Part shown: positions 16,443 to 24,000 of the stretch, in pieces
Position numbering within the stretch: position 1 is the stretch's first letter
Layout: each line of letters begins with the position of its first letter
Assembly (NCBI GenBank): GCA_001898485.1
Contig: MKTY01000018.1
Location: 209,421-233,420 of the forward strand
DNA from: Sphingobacteriales bacterium 46-32
GTDB taxonomy: Bacteria; Bacteroidota; Bacteroidia; Chitinophagales; Chitinophagaceae
Reading direction: 5' to 3'
DNA length: 24,000 nucleotides
Notes under the pieces: model-generated
Database searches by the model: none
Told to the model about the DNA's origin: nothing
What the model saw: the letters and a program-made list of their open reading frames with translations, nothing else
Made by a program: the position numbers and the translations under genes

Positions 16443-16484
16443 GCCGGGTTGATTGTATTGAAACAAATTCAGCATCAATCCGGC
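16443..16484. terminator. Hairpin candidate between convergent genes
   Basis: gccgggttgat (16443-16453) pairs with atcaatccggc (16474-16484) as an 11-bp stem with one G-U pair. The 20-nt loop can extend the stem by tgaa/ttca. It lies between the PNPOx stop (16435) and the stop of the lipoprotein gene (16511). Confidence 0.4.
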
Positions 16485-16510
16485 ACCGCTGGCGTCTGGG
16501 TGTTGTAAAT

Positions 16511-17143
16511 TCAGTTTTTTACAGTAGTTCCGTTTTTACCGAATATCTTTCTCAGTACTGCTTTTGACACAGCCTGTATGGATTCTATCCCTGCAGCCGG
16601 ACGGTAGTTTCGTGTTTGCAGAACATATTTGGGTCTCAGCTCGCGGAGGTCAAACAAAATACTTTCCCATTCGTACAAACAACTGCCAGGCCCGTCAATA
16701 CTGCATAGGCCTTCCTGCATTTGCTGGTAATGCCAGATCCGGTCATAATAATAAACCCCGGTATATTCATTCAGCATTTTTCTGCGATCAGCTCTTTTCA
16801 TATTCTTATCAATCATTGCCAGGATCAGTACAGCATCAATTTCCCTGTCACAGAGCTCTCTGTAGGTATTTTCTTCGCTTAAATTTCGTAAACCGTTTTC
16901 GCCAAACTCATCGGCGGCAGCAACTGCATGGTATCCCCGGCGATTCAATTCAGTCGTTATTGATCTCTCCACGGCAGGGCGTATTGTATCTCCCTGTTCT
17001 TTTACAATCACAGCGATCATTATTCTGCGATAGGAGACCGGATAGCTGTGTTCTGCTTTCCATATCACCCGCAGATGTTTATGGCTGCATCCGGTAAGAA
17101 AAAGGATGAGCGTAAAGAAGAGGATTCTGCGATATGCAATCAT
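16511..17143 (-). CDS. Lipoprotein of unknown function
   Basis: 210 aa with lipobox LFLTG-C followed by SHK and ordinary amino-acid composition. The overlapping plus-strand ORF (16564-17097) is Arg/Cys/Gln-rich and was rejected. Confidence 0.7.
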   Translation of the reverse strand: MIAYRRILFFTLILFLTGCSHKHLRVIWKAEHSYPVSYRRIMIAVIVKEQGDTIRPAVERSITTELNRRGYHAVAAADEFGENGLRNLSEENTYRELCDREIDAVLILAMIDKNMKRADRRKMLNEYTGVYYYDRIWHYQQMQEGLCSIDGPGSCLYEWESILFDLRELRPKYVLQTRNYRPAAGIESIQAVSKAVLRKIFGKNGTTVKN

Positions 17144-17366
17144 CTGAAAGGAGTTTTATGGTAAGGCCCGCGGGGGCAGGGAATGCCTGCAAAAACTGTA
17201 CTACGCCCCTGATTTACCTGCAGCGATGTATACAAATATGGTGCAGATCCACGCTTTATCGGCTGAGAACGGTAATCTGGTGGTATGATTATCGTCAGCA
17301 GGCCTTTTTTGACCACAATCAGCTTTTTTTCTAATTAACGTCATGACAGGCGTTTTTTCGTACGGA

Positions 17367-17374
17367 TATTTTTG
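17367..17374 (+). promoter_or_regulatory. Candidate Bacteroidota -7 promoter box TATTTTTG
   Basis: Exact TAnnTTTG match ending 12 nt upstream of the USP ATG at 17387, which implies a very short leader. The motif is short, so a chance occurrence is possible. Confidence 0.35.
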
Positions 17375-17386
17375 AGAAAAGATTGT

Positions 17387-18226
17387 ATGGAAAAAATACT
17401 GATTGCAGTTGACGCAGCGGGAATGGAGAAGAATGCCGTTGAATTTGCCTGTTATCTGGGTAGATTGACCCGGTCGAAGATTACCGGTTTATTTCTCGAA
17501 AACATGCTGTCAGCCAATGACAGGGTTTTGCAGGAAGCAGCAGATTATGAGCATCAAAAACAGCCATTAGGTAACCGGATAGAGAACTATGAAAACAGAA
17601 AACAACTCATCGAAAAAAATATAAGTTTGTTTAAGGAAAAATGCATCAGCGAAGAAACCATATGCCATGTGCACCGCAACAGGGGTGTGCCTGAAAAAGA
17701 GGTGGTAATGGAAAGCCGTTTTGCGGATTTGCTGATCATTGACCCGGAAACCTCTTTTACCCCGAGTTATCGGGGAGCGCCCACTGCATTTACCAGGTAT
17801 GTGCTGAAGAATGCGGAATGTCCGGTAGTCATAGCCCCGAAAAGTTGCACGGAGGTGGAGGAAATTGTCTTTACCTATGACCGGTCTGCCTCATCCGTAT
17901 TTGCTATGAAACAGTTTACTTATCTTTTTCCGCAACTTCATAGTAAAAAGGTCACTATCCTGCAGGTGAGCGAAACCGGGCAATGGCAGGATGAAGACAA
18001 ATACATATTTTCTGAATGGCTGAAAGATCACTACAGGGATTTACATTTTGAAGCATTAAAGGGAGAAACCGATACTGCGCTGCTGGATTATTTGTTGCGG
18101 AGAAAACATGTTTTTCTGGTAATGGGTGCTTATGGCAGAAACTACCTGTCGCAGGTGCTTAAGCATAGCCGTGCCAGGCTGCTGATTGCCACTGTAAACC
18201 TGCCGATCTTTATAGCACATCGCTGA
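17387..18226 (+). CDS. Universal stress protein, tandem USP-domain type
   Basis: Two USP-like halves are visible: KILIAVDA...ADLLIIDPE...PVVIAP and EEIVFTYD...HVFLVMGAYGRN...LPIFIAH. The start is set at ATG 17387 (MEKILIAVD) and not at the track's TTG at 17372. Confidence 0.82.
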   Translation: MEKILIAVDAAGMEKNAVEFACYLGRLTRSKITGLFLENMLSANDRVLQEAADYEHQKQPLGNRIENYENRKQLIEKNISLFKEKCISEETICHVHRNRGVPEKEVVMESRFADLLIIDPETSFTPSYRGAPTAFTRYVLKNAECPVVIAPKSCTEVEEIVFTYDRSASSVFAMKQFTYLFPQLHSKKVTILQVSETGQWQDEDKYIFSEWLKDHYRDLHFEALKGETDTALLDYLLRRKHVFLVMGAYGRNYLSQVLKHSRARLLIATVNLPIFIAHR

Positions 18227-18264
18227 TCATCGCCTCTCAAGAAGAGGCTGACAATTCCGGGGCG

Positions 18265-19248
18265 CTATCTGGCTTTCTTTTTTTGTCTTTCCTGTTTTCT
18301 GAAATAACCCCGGAAAAGGATATTGTGCCGGGCAGCTTCCAGCAACTCATTGAAACTAGTGGTTCCTTTTTCAATGTTTTGGAGACTATTGGCAATATTC
18401 GCTGCCATTACTGAGTCTTTCAGCAGAGCGGCAACGGGTCCCTTGCCGGTGTTGACTTCGTTGTAGAGGTTGCCGACAGTCATATTGAGGTTCCCGGCCA
18501 GTTCGTAAGCCTCATCGCCAACCTGCCTGATTTTTTCAATGGCCAGGTTGAGGTTGGCTGCTAGTGATGTATCAGTAATAAATGCTCCCAGCGATCCTTT
18601 TCCTGCTTTGATATCTGTTACCATCAAATTGAGCGCATGTGTCATATCCCGGGCGTGCGCCGTTGCCAGTTGTATGTTTGTTGCCGATGTTCGGATATTT
18701 TCGGGAAGTGATTTGTCCTCGAGCAATTCCCAGATCACTTTACTGTTGCTGATTCTGTGCATGGTTATTTTCAGGTCTGCGGCAATATCTGAAATGTCTT
18801 CACTGGTTTTCGCAAGTTTCTGCAGCAGTCTGTCGGTATCAAAGGTTTCCTGGCAGGCCAGGATGTCTCCGTCCTGTACAGTGGCAGCGTTTCCTCTCAC
18901 GGGTATAATATTCACCACTTTGTTGCCCACCAGCCCATCGGTACCAATCGATGCCAGTGCATTTTTCCGGATATGTTTCTTTAAACTGCTCTTGATCAGC
19001 ATCACCACTTCAATAGTGGTGTCGTTCAGCACAGTTATTTCCCGGACGGTGCCTGCCTGTATACCAGAAAACCGGATATTATTGCCTGCGGTAAGCCCCT
19101 GTACATTCGGGAACCGTGCGCTGAGCTGAAAGTTGTCGCCAAAAAGATTTTGATTTTTGCCGATTACATATAACAGGATGATTAAAAAAAGCAGCCCTGC
19201 CAGTACGAATACGCCAAGTTTGATATTTCTTACCGATGTATTTCCCAT
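18265..19248 (-). CDS. mlaD: MlaD/MCE family protein (lipid-transport substrate-binding component)
   Basis: N-terminal TM anchor IKLGVFVLAGLLFLIILLYVIG. The MCE domain reads FPNVQGLTAGNNIRFSGIQAGTVREI...GLVGNKVVNI, followed by a long helical C-terminal region. It lies immediately downstream of the ABC ATPase and permease genes. Confidence 0.88.
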   Translation of the reverse strand: MGNTSVRNIKLGVFVLAGLLFLIILLYVIGKNQNLFGDNFQLSARFPNVQGLTAGNNIRFSGIQAGTVREITVLNDTTIEVVMLIKSSLKKHIRKNALASIGTDGLVGNKVVNIIPVRGNAATVQDGDILACQETFDTDRLLQKLAKTSEDISDIAADLKITMHRISNSKVIWELLEDKSLPENIRTSATNIQLATAHARDMTHALNLMVTDIKAGKGSLGAFITDTSLAANLNLAIEKIRQVGDEAYELAGNLNMTVGNLYNEVNTGKGPVAALLKDSVMAANIANSLQNIEKGTTSFNELLEAARHNILFRGYFRKQERQKKKAR

Positions 19249-19255
19249 AATGTGA

Positions 19256-20032
19256 TTATTCGAAAAATTTTTTCACTTTGGGGTCAGCAGATCGTTGCAA
19301 TTCTTCCATTGTCCCCAATGCATAGCATTTGCCTTCTATCAGCATGAGCACTTTATCGCTGGCCATTTTTACGCAGTTCATATCATGCGATATGATGATA
19401 GAAGCTGACCGGTATTTTTTCTGTATGCGTATCATCAGTTCGATGATTTCTTTTGCCGTTATGGGATCGAGTCCCGTAGTTGGCTCGTCATAAAGAATGA
19501 TATCCGGTTTCAGGATCAGTGTACGGGCCAGCGCTATCCGTTTTCTCATACCGCCCGATAGTTCGGCCGGCATCATATCGATGGTATGCTGCAGACCCAC
19601 GTCTTCGAGCGCATTCATGACCAGCGTATCCACTTCGTCCTGCCTGAGACGTATGGAATGACGGCGAAGCGGAAACTCCAGGTTTTGCCTTACACTCATT
19701 GAATCATACAAGGCATTGCTCTGAAAAAGAAAACCGATGCGTACCCTGATTTTATCCAGTTCCTCCATCGATAACTCCGGTATGTTTTGTCCCAGTACCC
19801 TGATGGTACCGCTATCGGGTTTTACCAGTCCAATGATACATTTGATAAGAACAGATTTACCCGAGCCGGATTTTCCCAGTACTACAATGTTTTCTTCTTT
19901 ATGCAGCAGCATGCTGAAATCAATCAAAACTTTATTACTTCCAAATGACTTGTACAGGTGCTCCACGGCAATAATCTCGTTGTCTTCGTCCGGCAGTGGA
20001 CTATTGCGTGTGTTATTGATTGTTTGCAGCAC
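19256..20032 (-). CDS. mlaF: ABC transporter ATP-binding protein, MlaF-like
   Basis: Walker A GKSGSGKS, signature LSGGMRKR, Walker B IILYDEPTTGLD, H-loop ISHD. The track ORF (to 20182) runs 142 nt into the permease gene and has no in-frame ATG there. I place the start at GTG (cac at 20030-20032), 8 nt after the permease stop. Confidence 0.85.
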   Translation of the reverse strand: MLQTINNTRNSPLPDEDNEIIAVEHLYKSFGSNKVLIDFSMLLHKEENIVVLGKSGSGKSVLIKCIIGLVKPDSGTIRVLGQNIPELSMEELDKIRVRIGFLFQSNALYDSMSVRQNLEFPLRRHSIRLRQDEVDTLVMNALEDVGLQHTIDMMPAELSGGMRKRIALARTLILKPDIILYDEPTTGLDPITAKEIIELMIRIQKKYRSASIIISHDMNCVKMASDKVLMLIEGKCYALGTMEELQRSADPKVKKFFE

Positions 20033-20040
20033 TTCTTTTT

Positions 20041-20811
20041 TTAATTTAATCCCAGTATATCGGTGATCTGTACAGCAACCAGGTCGATAAGGAAGATGAG
20101 TACAGAAGAAATGACCACGGCAGAGTTGGCTGATCTTCCCACTCCTTCGGTGCCTTTTGTGGAATAATATCCCCTGTAGCATCCGATAAGACCAACAGCA
20201 AAGCCAAAAAAGAATGATTTTACGAAAGCAGGAATTACATCGCCAAAGGAGAGGTTGCCAAGCACCTGGTTCCAGAAGAGATCAAAACTGGTAGTGCCCC
20301 TGATATTTACTCCCAGGAAGGAGCCATACAGAGAAATTGCATCACCGAGCATCACCAGTACTGGAAGCATAACTGTGCTGGCAAGCACTCTGGTCACCAC
20401 CAGGTACTTAAAAGGGTTGGTGCCCGACACCTCCATGGCGTCTATCTGTTCGGTTACTTTCATAGATCCCAGTTCGGCACCTATGCTGCTACCGATTTTA
20501 CCGGCAAAGATCAGGGCCACGATTACCGGACCAATCTCGCGTACAATAGCAATACCCACCATTGCCGGCAATTGCGATTCTACTCCATAATCAATCAGCG
20601 AGGGGCGTAGTTGCATGGTAAGAACCAACCCCATAATAAAAGCTGTCAGACCAATCAAAGGCAACGACCTGTATCCGATAATAAAACACTGCCGCAAAAA
20701 CTCGGCGATTTCATACCTGGGCCGAAAACATTGTGAAAAGAACCTGCCGGTGAACCTCAACAGGACACCTGTTTCTTCAAGAAAACTTTGCCAGGACCTT
20801 GATGGCGTCAT
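20041..20811 (-). CDS. mlaE: ABC transporter permease, MlaE-like
   Basis: Motifs are REIGPVIVALIFAGKIGSSIGAELGSMKVTEQIDAMEVSGTNPFKYLVVTRVLA plus multiple TM helices. The start is set at the internal ATG (CAT 20809-20811, MTPSRSWQSFLEE), giving 256 aa. The track start at 20943 would overlap the dodecin gene by 29 nt. Confidence 0.85.
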   Translation of the reverse strand: MTPSRSWQSFLEETGVLLRFTGRFFSQCFRPRYEIAEFLRQCFIIGYRSLPLIGLTAFIMGLVLTMQLRPSLIDYGVESQLPAMVGIAIVREIGPVIVALIFAGKIGSSIGAELGSMKVTEQIDAMEVSGTNPFKYLVVTRVLASTVMLPVLVMLGDAISLYGSFLGVNIRGTTSFDLFWNQVLGNLSFGDVIPAFVKSFFFGFAVGLIGCYRGYYSTKGTEGVGRSANSAVVISSVLIFLIDLVAVQITDILGLN

Positions 20812-20914
20812 AAATTCTGGTATATAATAATAGTTGGTTGCTGCAACAGGCAAATCGCTGATATATCCCGATGCTATTATGTAATTTTTCGTTCTGTAAG
20901 TTCTTTCGCTTATG

Positions 20915-21130
20915 TTATTTGCCGGCGGGCTTTTCGATTTCAAAGCTAATCTTTGCTGTGATACGGTAATCTGTAATCTTATTGTTTTTTACAGTTGCGC
21001 TGTGATCCTGCACATAAACAGACCGGATATTGTTCAGCGTACGACCTGCTTCTGTTACGGCCTTTTGGGCAGCATCTTCCCAACTCTTTTCTGAGTTGGC
21101 CATTACTTCGATTACTTTAAGAATTGCCAT
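20915..21130 (-). CDS. Dodecin family flavin-binding protein
   Basis: 71 aa. MAILKVIEVMANSEKSWEDAAQKAVTEAGRTLNNIRSVYVQDHSATVKNNKITDYRITAKISFEI fits the dodecin pattern (V.K.IE..G.S..S.EDA...A...A..T...I....V.......V......Y.V...V.F). Confidence 0.85.
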   Translation of the reverse strand: MAILKVIEVMANSEKSWEDAAQKAVTEAGRTLNNIRSVYVQDHSATVKNNKITDYRITAKISFEIEKPAGK

Positions 21131-21224
21131 TGTTGTAGAGTTTAAGGTTAACTGATCAGCAATGAAGGTACCGGGCAGCGATTAGGGCAAAGATGACTAT
21201 TGTTATGAAACCGGGTAATTGTAA

Positions 21225-21482
21225 TCAGGCCGGTGCCAGCCCTGCTCCTGGCGTATGCAGGCAAGTGTAACGGCTCATTCCGGCAAAAGCAATGATTTCC
21301 AGTAAAGTACTGCGGTTTGGATTCAATTCCAGCACGACTGAATATAATAATGTGGCCACAATAACAATGCCATGTAAGCCGGAGCGGACTGGTCGCATTA
21401 TTCCGTTTATTTTATACGTGATGTTGGAATGTCGCTTCTGCGCGAAATGAGTTCGGTCAGCGGTTTCGCTGATGACTGTCAT
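21225..21482 (-). CDS. Doubtful small ORF (85 aa) with one hydrophobic segment; possibly not a gene
   Basis: It is the only ORF in the 491-nt dodecin/BON intergenic region. I recognise no family motif. One hydrophobic stretch is present (LHGIVIVATLLYSVVL). It is listed only so the region is not left undescribed. Confidence 0.2.
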   Translation of the reverse strand: MTVISETADRTHFAQKRHSNITYKINGIMRPVRSGLHGIVIVATLLYSVVLELNPNRSTLLEIIAFAGMSRYTCLHTPGAGLAPA

Positions 21483-21621
21483 TTATGAGCACAGGTGCTG
21501 CAGAATATATTTGTGCAGTCCGGATACCTGCCGGTAAATGATATGCTGTTTTACCTGCAAAGGTGATTGCAGCGGTAGCCGGCGGTCAGTAAACCTGTTT
21601 AATCATATTAAATTTCAGATT

Positions 21622-22296
21622 ATGAAAAGCGATGTTCAGATTCAGAAAGATGTGATGGATGAGTTGAAGTGGGAGCCATTTCTTAATTCGGCAGAGATTG
21701 GGGTGGCGGTTAAAAACGGTATTGTTACCCTGTCGGGTCTTGTAGACAGTTATCCTAAAAAGCTGGCCGCCGAAAGGGCTGCAAAGAAAATAGCGGGTGT
21801 AAAAGCAATAGCAGAAGATATTCAGATTGGTGTATCTCCTTCGTTTCGAAAAAGAGACGACGAGATTGCAGAGGCGGTTCTTAATGCGCTGAAATGGCAT
21901 GCCGGCGTTCGTGAAGAATTGATTAAAGTGAAAGTAGAGAATGGAATTGTTCAATTGAGTGGCCAGGTAGACTGGGAGTATGAACGCACCAGTGCTGCGA
22001 CTGCTATCGAAAACCTGGGCGGTGTGAAATCGGTCATCAATCTTATTACGATCAGGCCGATGGTTACGGCAGCTGACGTGCATAAAAAGATTGATGCTGC
22101 TTTGCAGCGAAGCGCCACGATCGATGCAGGGCGTATTGTTGTAGAAGCCGTAGGCAGTAAGGTGATACTTAGTGGTTATGTTCGCTCATTTGCCGAAAAG
22201 GAAGATGCAGAAAGTGCTGCCTGGAATGCTCCGGGGGTTACGAAGGTGGAAAGCAAGCTGCTGATAGAAAGCCCTGAATATGCCTTTGAAGACTAA
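21622..22296 (+). CDS. BON domain-containing protein (three BON domains, OsmY-like), no obvious signal peptide
   Basis: Three repeats of the BON pattern are present: VAVKNGIVTLSGLVDSYPKKLAAERAAKKIAGVKAI; VKVENGIVQLSGQVDWEYERTSAATAIENLGGVKSV; VEAVGSKVILSGYVRSFAEKEDAESAAWNAPGVTKV. The start is set at ATG 21622 (MKSDVQIQKDV). The track's upstream extension (MICCFTCKGDCSG...) looks non-coding. Confidence 0.88.
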   Translation: MKSDVQIQKDVMDELKWEPFLNSAEIGVAVKNGIVTLSGLVDSYPKKLAAERAAKKIAGVKAIAEDIQIGVSPSFRKRDDEIAEAVLNALKWHAGVREELIKVKVENGIVQLSGQVDWEYERTSAATAIENLGGVKSVINLITIRPMVTAADVHKKIDAALQRSATIDAGRIVVEAVGSKVILSGYVRSFAEKEDAESAAWNAPGVTKVESKLLIESPEYAFED

Positions 22297-22325
22297 TAAA
22301 ACCCGCTTTAAAACCAGGTAAGGGT

Positions 22326-22367
22326 ATAATAAAAGCTGTCTTCCGCAGGTAAGACAGCTTTTATTAT
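22326..22367. terminator. Bidirectional hairpin terminator between convergent genes
   Basis: Perfect 17-bp stem: ataataaaagctgtctt (22326-22342) pairs with aagacagcttttattat (22351-22367), with an 8-nt loop. The A/T runs within the arms give a U-tract in either orientation. It lies between the BON stop (22296) and the deacetylase stop (22403). Confidence 0.8.
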
Positions 22368-22402
22368 GTACAGTAATACCAGGGATGATTGGGTAAGTCA
22401 AC

Positions 22403-23188
22403 TTAATTCGGAAAAATGATTTTTAGCTTCTGCATGAGCTCGTCCGGAGTCCAGGCTCCTGAAATCATCAATCGTTTCAGTGTGAACAATGCATCTGCAG
22501 AGCTCGGTTTGCCGGTAAGTTGAAAGGCCGCTCTGAAATGGCGGGCTTTTAACTGGCTGATAGCTGAATCGGTCCAGCTGCCGTAAGGATAGGCGAAGTA
22601 ATAAACTTGTTGGCCGGTAATTTTTTCGAGCTGTTGTCTGCTGTAGTCAAGCTGTTTATTCCAGTCTGTTTTTGCCGAAGCCAGGCTGGGATGGTCATAG
22701 GTATGGCAGCCGATAGTGTGTCCGCTGTCTGCCAGTATTCTTATTTCTTTTTCGGTGAGGTAATACTTTTTTCCAATAAAAGCGGTTGGAATAAAAAAGA
22801 CGGCTTTAAACCCATATTTGCTTAGCAAAGGCGCAACCAGCGAAAAGTGCTGTGCATGACCGTCATCAAATGTAATGGTCACAGCCTTCTGCGGCAGAGG
22901 GATACCGCTGGTGAAATGCTGGTAAATATCTTCCGGCAGCACAGTTGAATAGCCGCTATCGCGCAACATTTTAAGTTGCTGCTCAAGATGGTTAACACTT
23001 ATCCAGAGCTGATCTTCCTGCGGCGGCTTTACGTATATGTTATGGTAGCAGAGAATAGGTGGCTGATGCTTACGTGGAGTAAATGAGGTCGTATGCATTT
23101 TTTTGCTCACAACCATCGTACCGGCATTGTAAAGCGAAAAGATCAGGCAAAGCAGTAATCCACCTTTTATTGATTTGAGTAGCAGCAT
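22403..23188 (-). CDS. Polysaccharide deacetylase (NodB homology / CE4) family protein with N-terminal signal or anchor
   Basis: N-terminal hydrophobic segment GGLLLCLIFSLYNAG. CE4 motifs are ITFDDGH (Asp-Asp plus His) and GCHTYDHP (H-x-x-x-H type). Confidence 0.85.
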   Translation of the reverse strand: MLLLKSIKGGLLLCLIFSLYNAGTMVVSKKMHTTSFTPRKHQPPILCYHNIYVKPPQEDQLWISVNHLEQQLKMLRDSGYSTVLPEDIYQHFTSGIPLPQKAVTITFDDGHAQHFSLVAPLLSKYGFKAVFFIPTAFIGKKYYLTEKEIRILADSGHTIGCHTYDHPSLASAKTDWNKQLDYSRQQLEKITGQQVYYFAYPYGSWTDSAISQLKARHFRAAFQLTGKPSSADALFTLKRLMISGAWTPDELMQKLKIIFPN

Positions 23189-23250
23189 AGTTGTTTATTT
23201 TCTTCTGGTGCGGGCGGGCTGTCTGTGATAATCACATTTCGTTCAGAAAA

Positions 23251-24000
23251 TTACAGGCAGGCAAAAGATGCAGCGCCCCAGAGAGTAGTGTCGGGATTGA
23301 GTATAATACTGACTGGTATGCGGTCGAGCAGGTAATTCATACGGCCTGCCTGGCAAAAGCTGGCATTAAAAGAATACTGATGTAATAATGGACTGATATG
23401 GGGTACAATACCCCCGCCAATAAAAATGCCGCCTCCTGCATTGAATTTGAGGGCCAGATTGGCAGACTCGCGGGCAAGGTATTTTGTGAAAAGCTGCATG
23501 GTTTGTCCGCAGATTTCGGATTCATCCGTATGCTGGCTTATTACAGCAGCCATGTCGGCATTTGTCAGCTTTTGCTTTAACCATCCTGGTTCTGCCAGTT
23601 TCTTTTTATCCCGCAGAAAGCGGTAAATATTCTGTATGCCCGGGCCGGATACCAAACGCTCCCAGCTTACATGCGAAAACTGTTCTTTTAGTGCGAGCAA
23701 TAACTGATAGTCTACTTCGTCATATGGGGCAAAGTCACAATGCCCGCCTTCTGTTGCAAAGGGGTGATATTTTTCACCGTCCCGGTAAAGACCCGCTTCG
23801 CCCAGGCCGGTACCCGGGGCAATAATTGCGGCATTGCCGGCAAAGCCGTTGCCTGCATGCACGATCTCTATTTCATTGTCTGAAAGTAACTGCAGCCCAT
23901 AGGCTGTTGCTTCAAGATCGTTGATGATACATACTTCACGTGCACTGAACTGCTGTAGTAATTCCTGGTTGTCGATTGTCCAGTTGATGTTGGAGAGCCT
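23251..24000 (-). CDS. glk: Glucokinase (Glk family), C-terminal ~249 codons; 5' end runs off the window
   Basis: The reading frame stays open from 23862 up to 24000 (RLSNINWTIDNQELLQQFSAREVCIINDLEATAYGLQLL...). Motifs are NDLEA, IIAPGTGLGEA, TEGGHCDFAP, SWERLVSGPGI and GGIFIGGGI, as in Glk-type glucokinases. Confidence 0.8.
   Translation of the reverse strand, partial: RLSNINWTIDNQELLQQFSAREVCIINDLEATAYGLQLLSDNEIEIVHAGNGFAGNAAIIAPGTGLGEAGLYRDGEKYHPFATEGGHCDFAPYDEVDYQLLLALKEQFSHVSWERLVSGPGIQNIYRFLRDKKKLAEPGWLKQKLTNADMAAVISQHTDESEICGQTMQLFTKYLARESANLALKFNAGGGIFIGGGIVPHISPLLHQYSFNASFCQAGRMNYLLDRIPVSIILNPDTTLWGAASFACL

Noticed and set aside
17309-17322. FNR/CRP-like inverted repeat TTGAC-CACA-ATCAG, roughly 60-65 nt upstream of the predicted USP transcription start
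   Set aside because: It matches only 8 of 10 positions of TTGAT-N4-ATCAA. By a simple base-frequency estimate, a match of that quality is expected by chance several times in 24 kb and about once in the pooled intergenic DNA. I found no second copy upstream of the other stress genes. It would only be worth revisiting if an FNR/CRP-family regulator motif is defined for this organism.
18232-18248. Short hairpin gcctct/agaggc between the convergent USP and mlaD genes
   Set aside because: It has only a 6-bp stem and no U-tract. That is too weak to call a terminator with any confidence.
18539-19129. 196-aa plus-strand ORF antisense to mlaD. Similar long antisense ORFs occur at 16564-17097, 21586-22083, 1083-1472, 10200-10565, 5576-5911 and 19737-20066.
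   Set aside because: Each lies entirely inside an opposite-strand gene that has clear family motifs. Their translations are low-complexity or Ser/Arg/Cys/Pro-rich and carry no recognisable motifs. This is typical shadow-ORF behaviour.
21538-21621. N-terminal extension of the BON ORF (MICCFTCKGDCSGSRRSVNLFNHIKFQI), which superficially looks like a Cys-rich leader peptide
   Set aside because: It is not a signal peptide. BON-domain homology begins right after the ATG at 21622, and the extension coincides with the hairpin-rich leader. It is most likely untranslated. Similar longest-ORF extensions were trimmed at 2299, 4660, 15722 and 17372.
1-24000. Search for CRISPR arrays, tRNA/rRNA genes, transposases, integrases, phage genes, or defence-island hallmarks (nucleases, helicases, STAND/AAA ATPases, methyltransferases)
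   Set aside because: I found none. There are no regularly spaced direct repeats and no T-loop-like GGTTCGAAT motifs in intergenic DNA. Every large ORF has a housekeeping, envelope or stress-type motif set. The window looks like core or accessory metabolic chromosome, not a mobile or defence island.

Overview
Gene-dense chromosomal window. I call 23 well-supported protein-coding genes (two cut by the window edges) plus one doubtful small ORF. I found no rRNA, tRNA, CRISPR array, transposase, integrase or other mobile-element hallmark. The lineage looks like Bacteroidota, possibly Chitinophagia/Sphingobacteriia-like; this is inference only, with no search run. It rests on many FASC/LSC-type lipoboxes, A-rich leaders without Shine-Dalgarno sequences, TAnnTTTG-type -7 boxes, and WG-repeat, spondin-like and NRDE proteins. 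Layout from left to right:
- 1-366: VOC-family gene fragment.
- 432-1640: secreted ChaN/Tiki-like protein.
- 1778-2227: SRPBCC/AHSA1 protein.
- 2429-4630 (minus strand): OmpR-type response regulator plus HAMP histidine kinase, transcribed divergently from the next gene.
- 4770-6065: two-domain spondin-like lipoprotein.
- 6236-9906: tightly coupled five-gene operon of two YHS-domain lipoproteins, DoxX, DinB and an unusual fusion of an NRDE/TANGO2-like domain to an ATP-grasp ligase.
- 9975-11708: TPR lipoprotein.
- 12103-14337: 744-aa secreted WG-repeat protein ending in two DnaJ-type CxxCxGxG motifs.
- 14463-22296: flavin/stress-flavoured stretch with an FAD oxidoreductase, PNPOx-family protein, lipoprotein, tandem USP, MlaD/F/E, dodecin and a triple-BON protein.
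- 22403-24000: polysaccharide deacetylase and a glucokinase fragment.
The best candidate for an undescribed system is the YHS-YHS-DoxX-DinB-NRDE::ATP-grasp operon, especially the fusion protein. I suggest it is an envelope-linked redox, thiol or metal-stress small-molecule module, but that function is hypothesis. All family assignments come from reading motifs in the translations; no database search was run.
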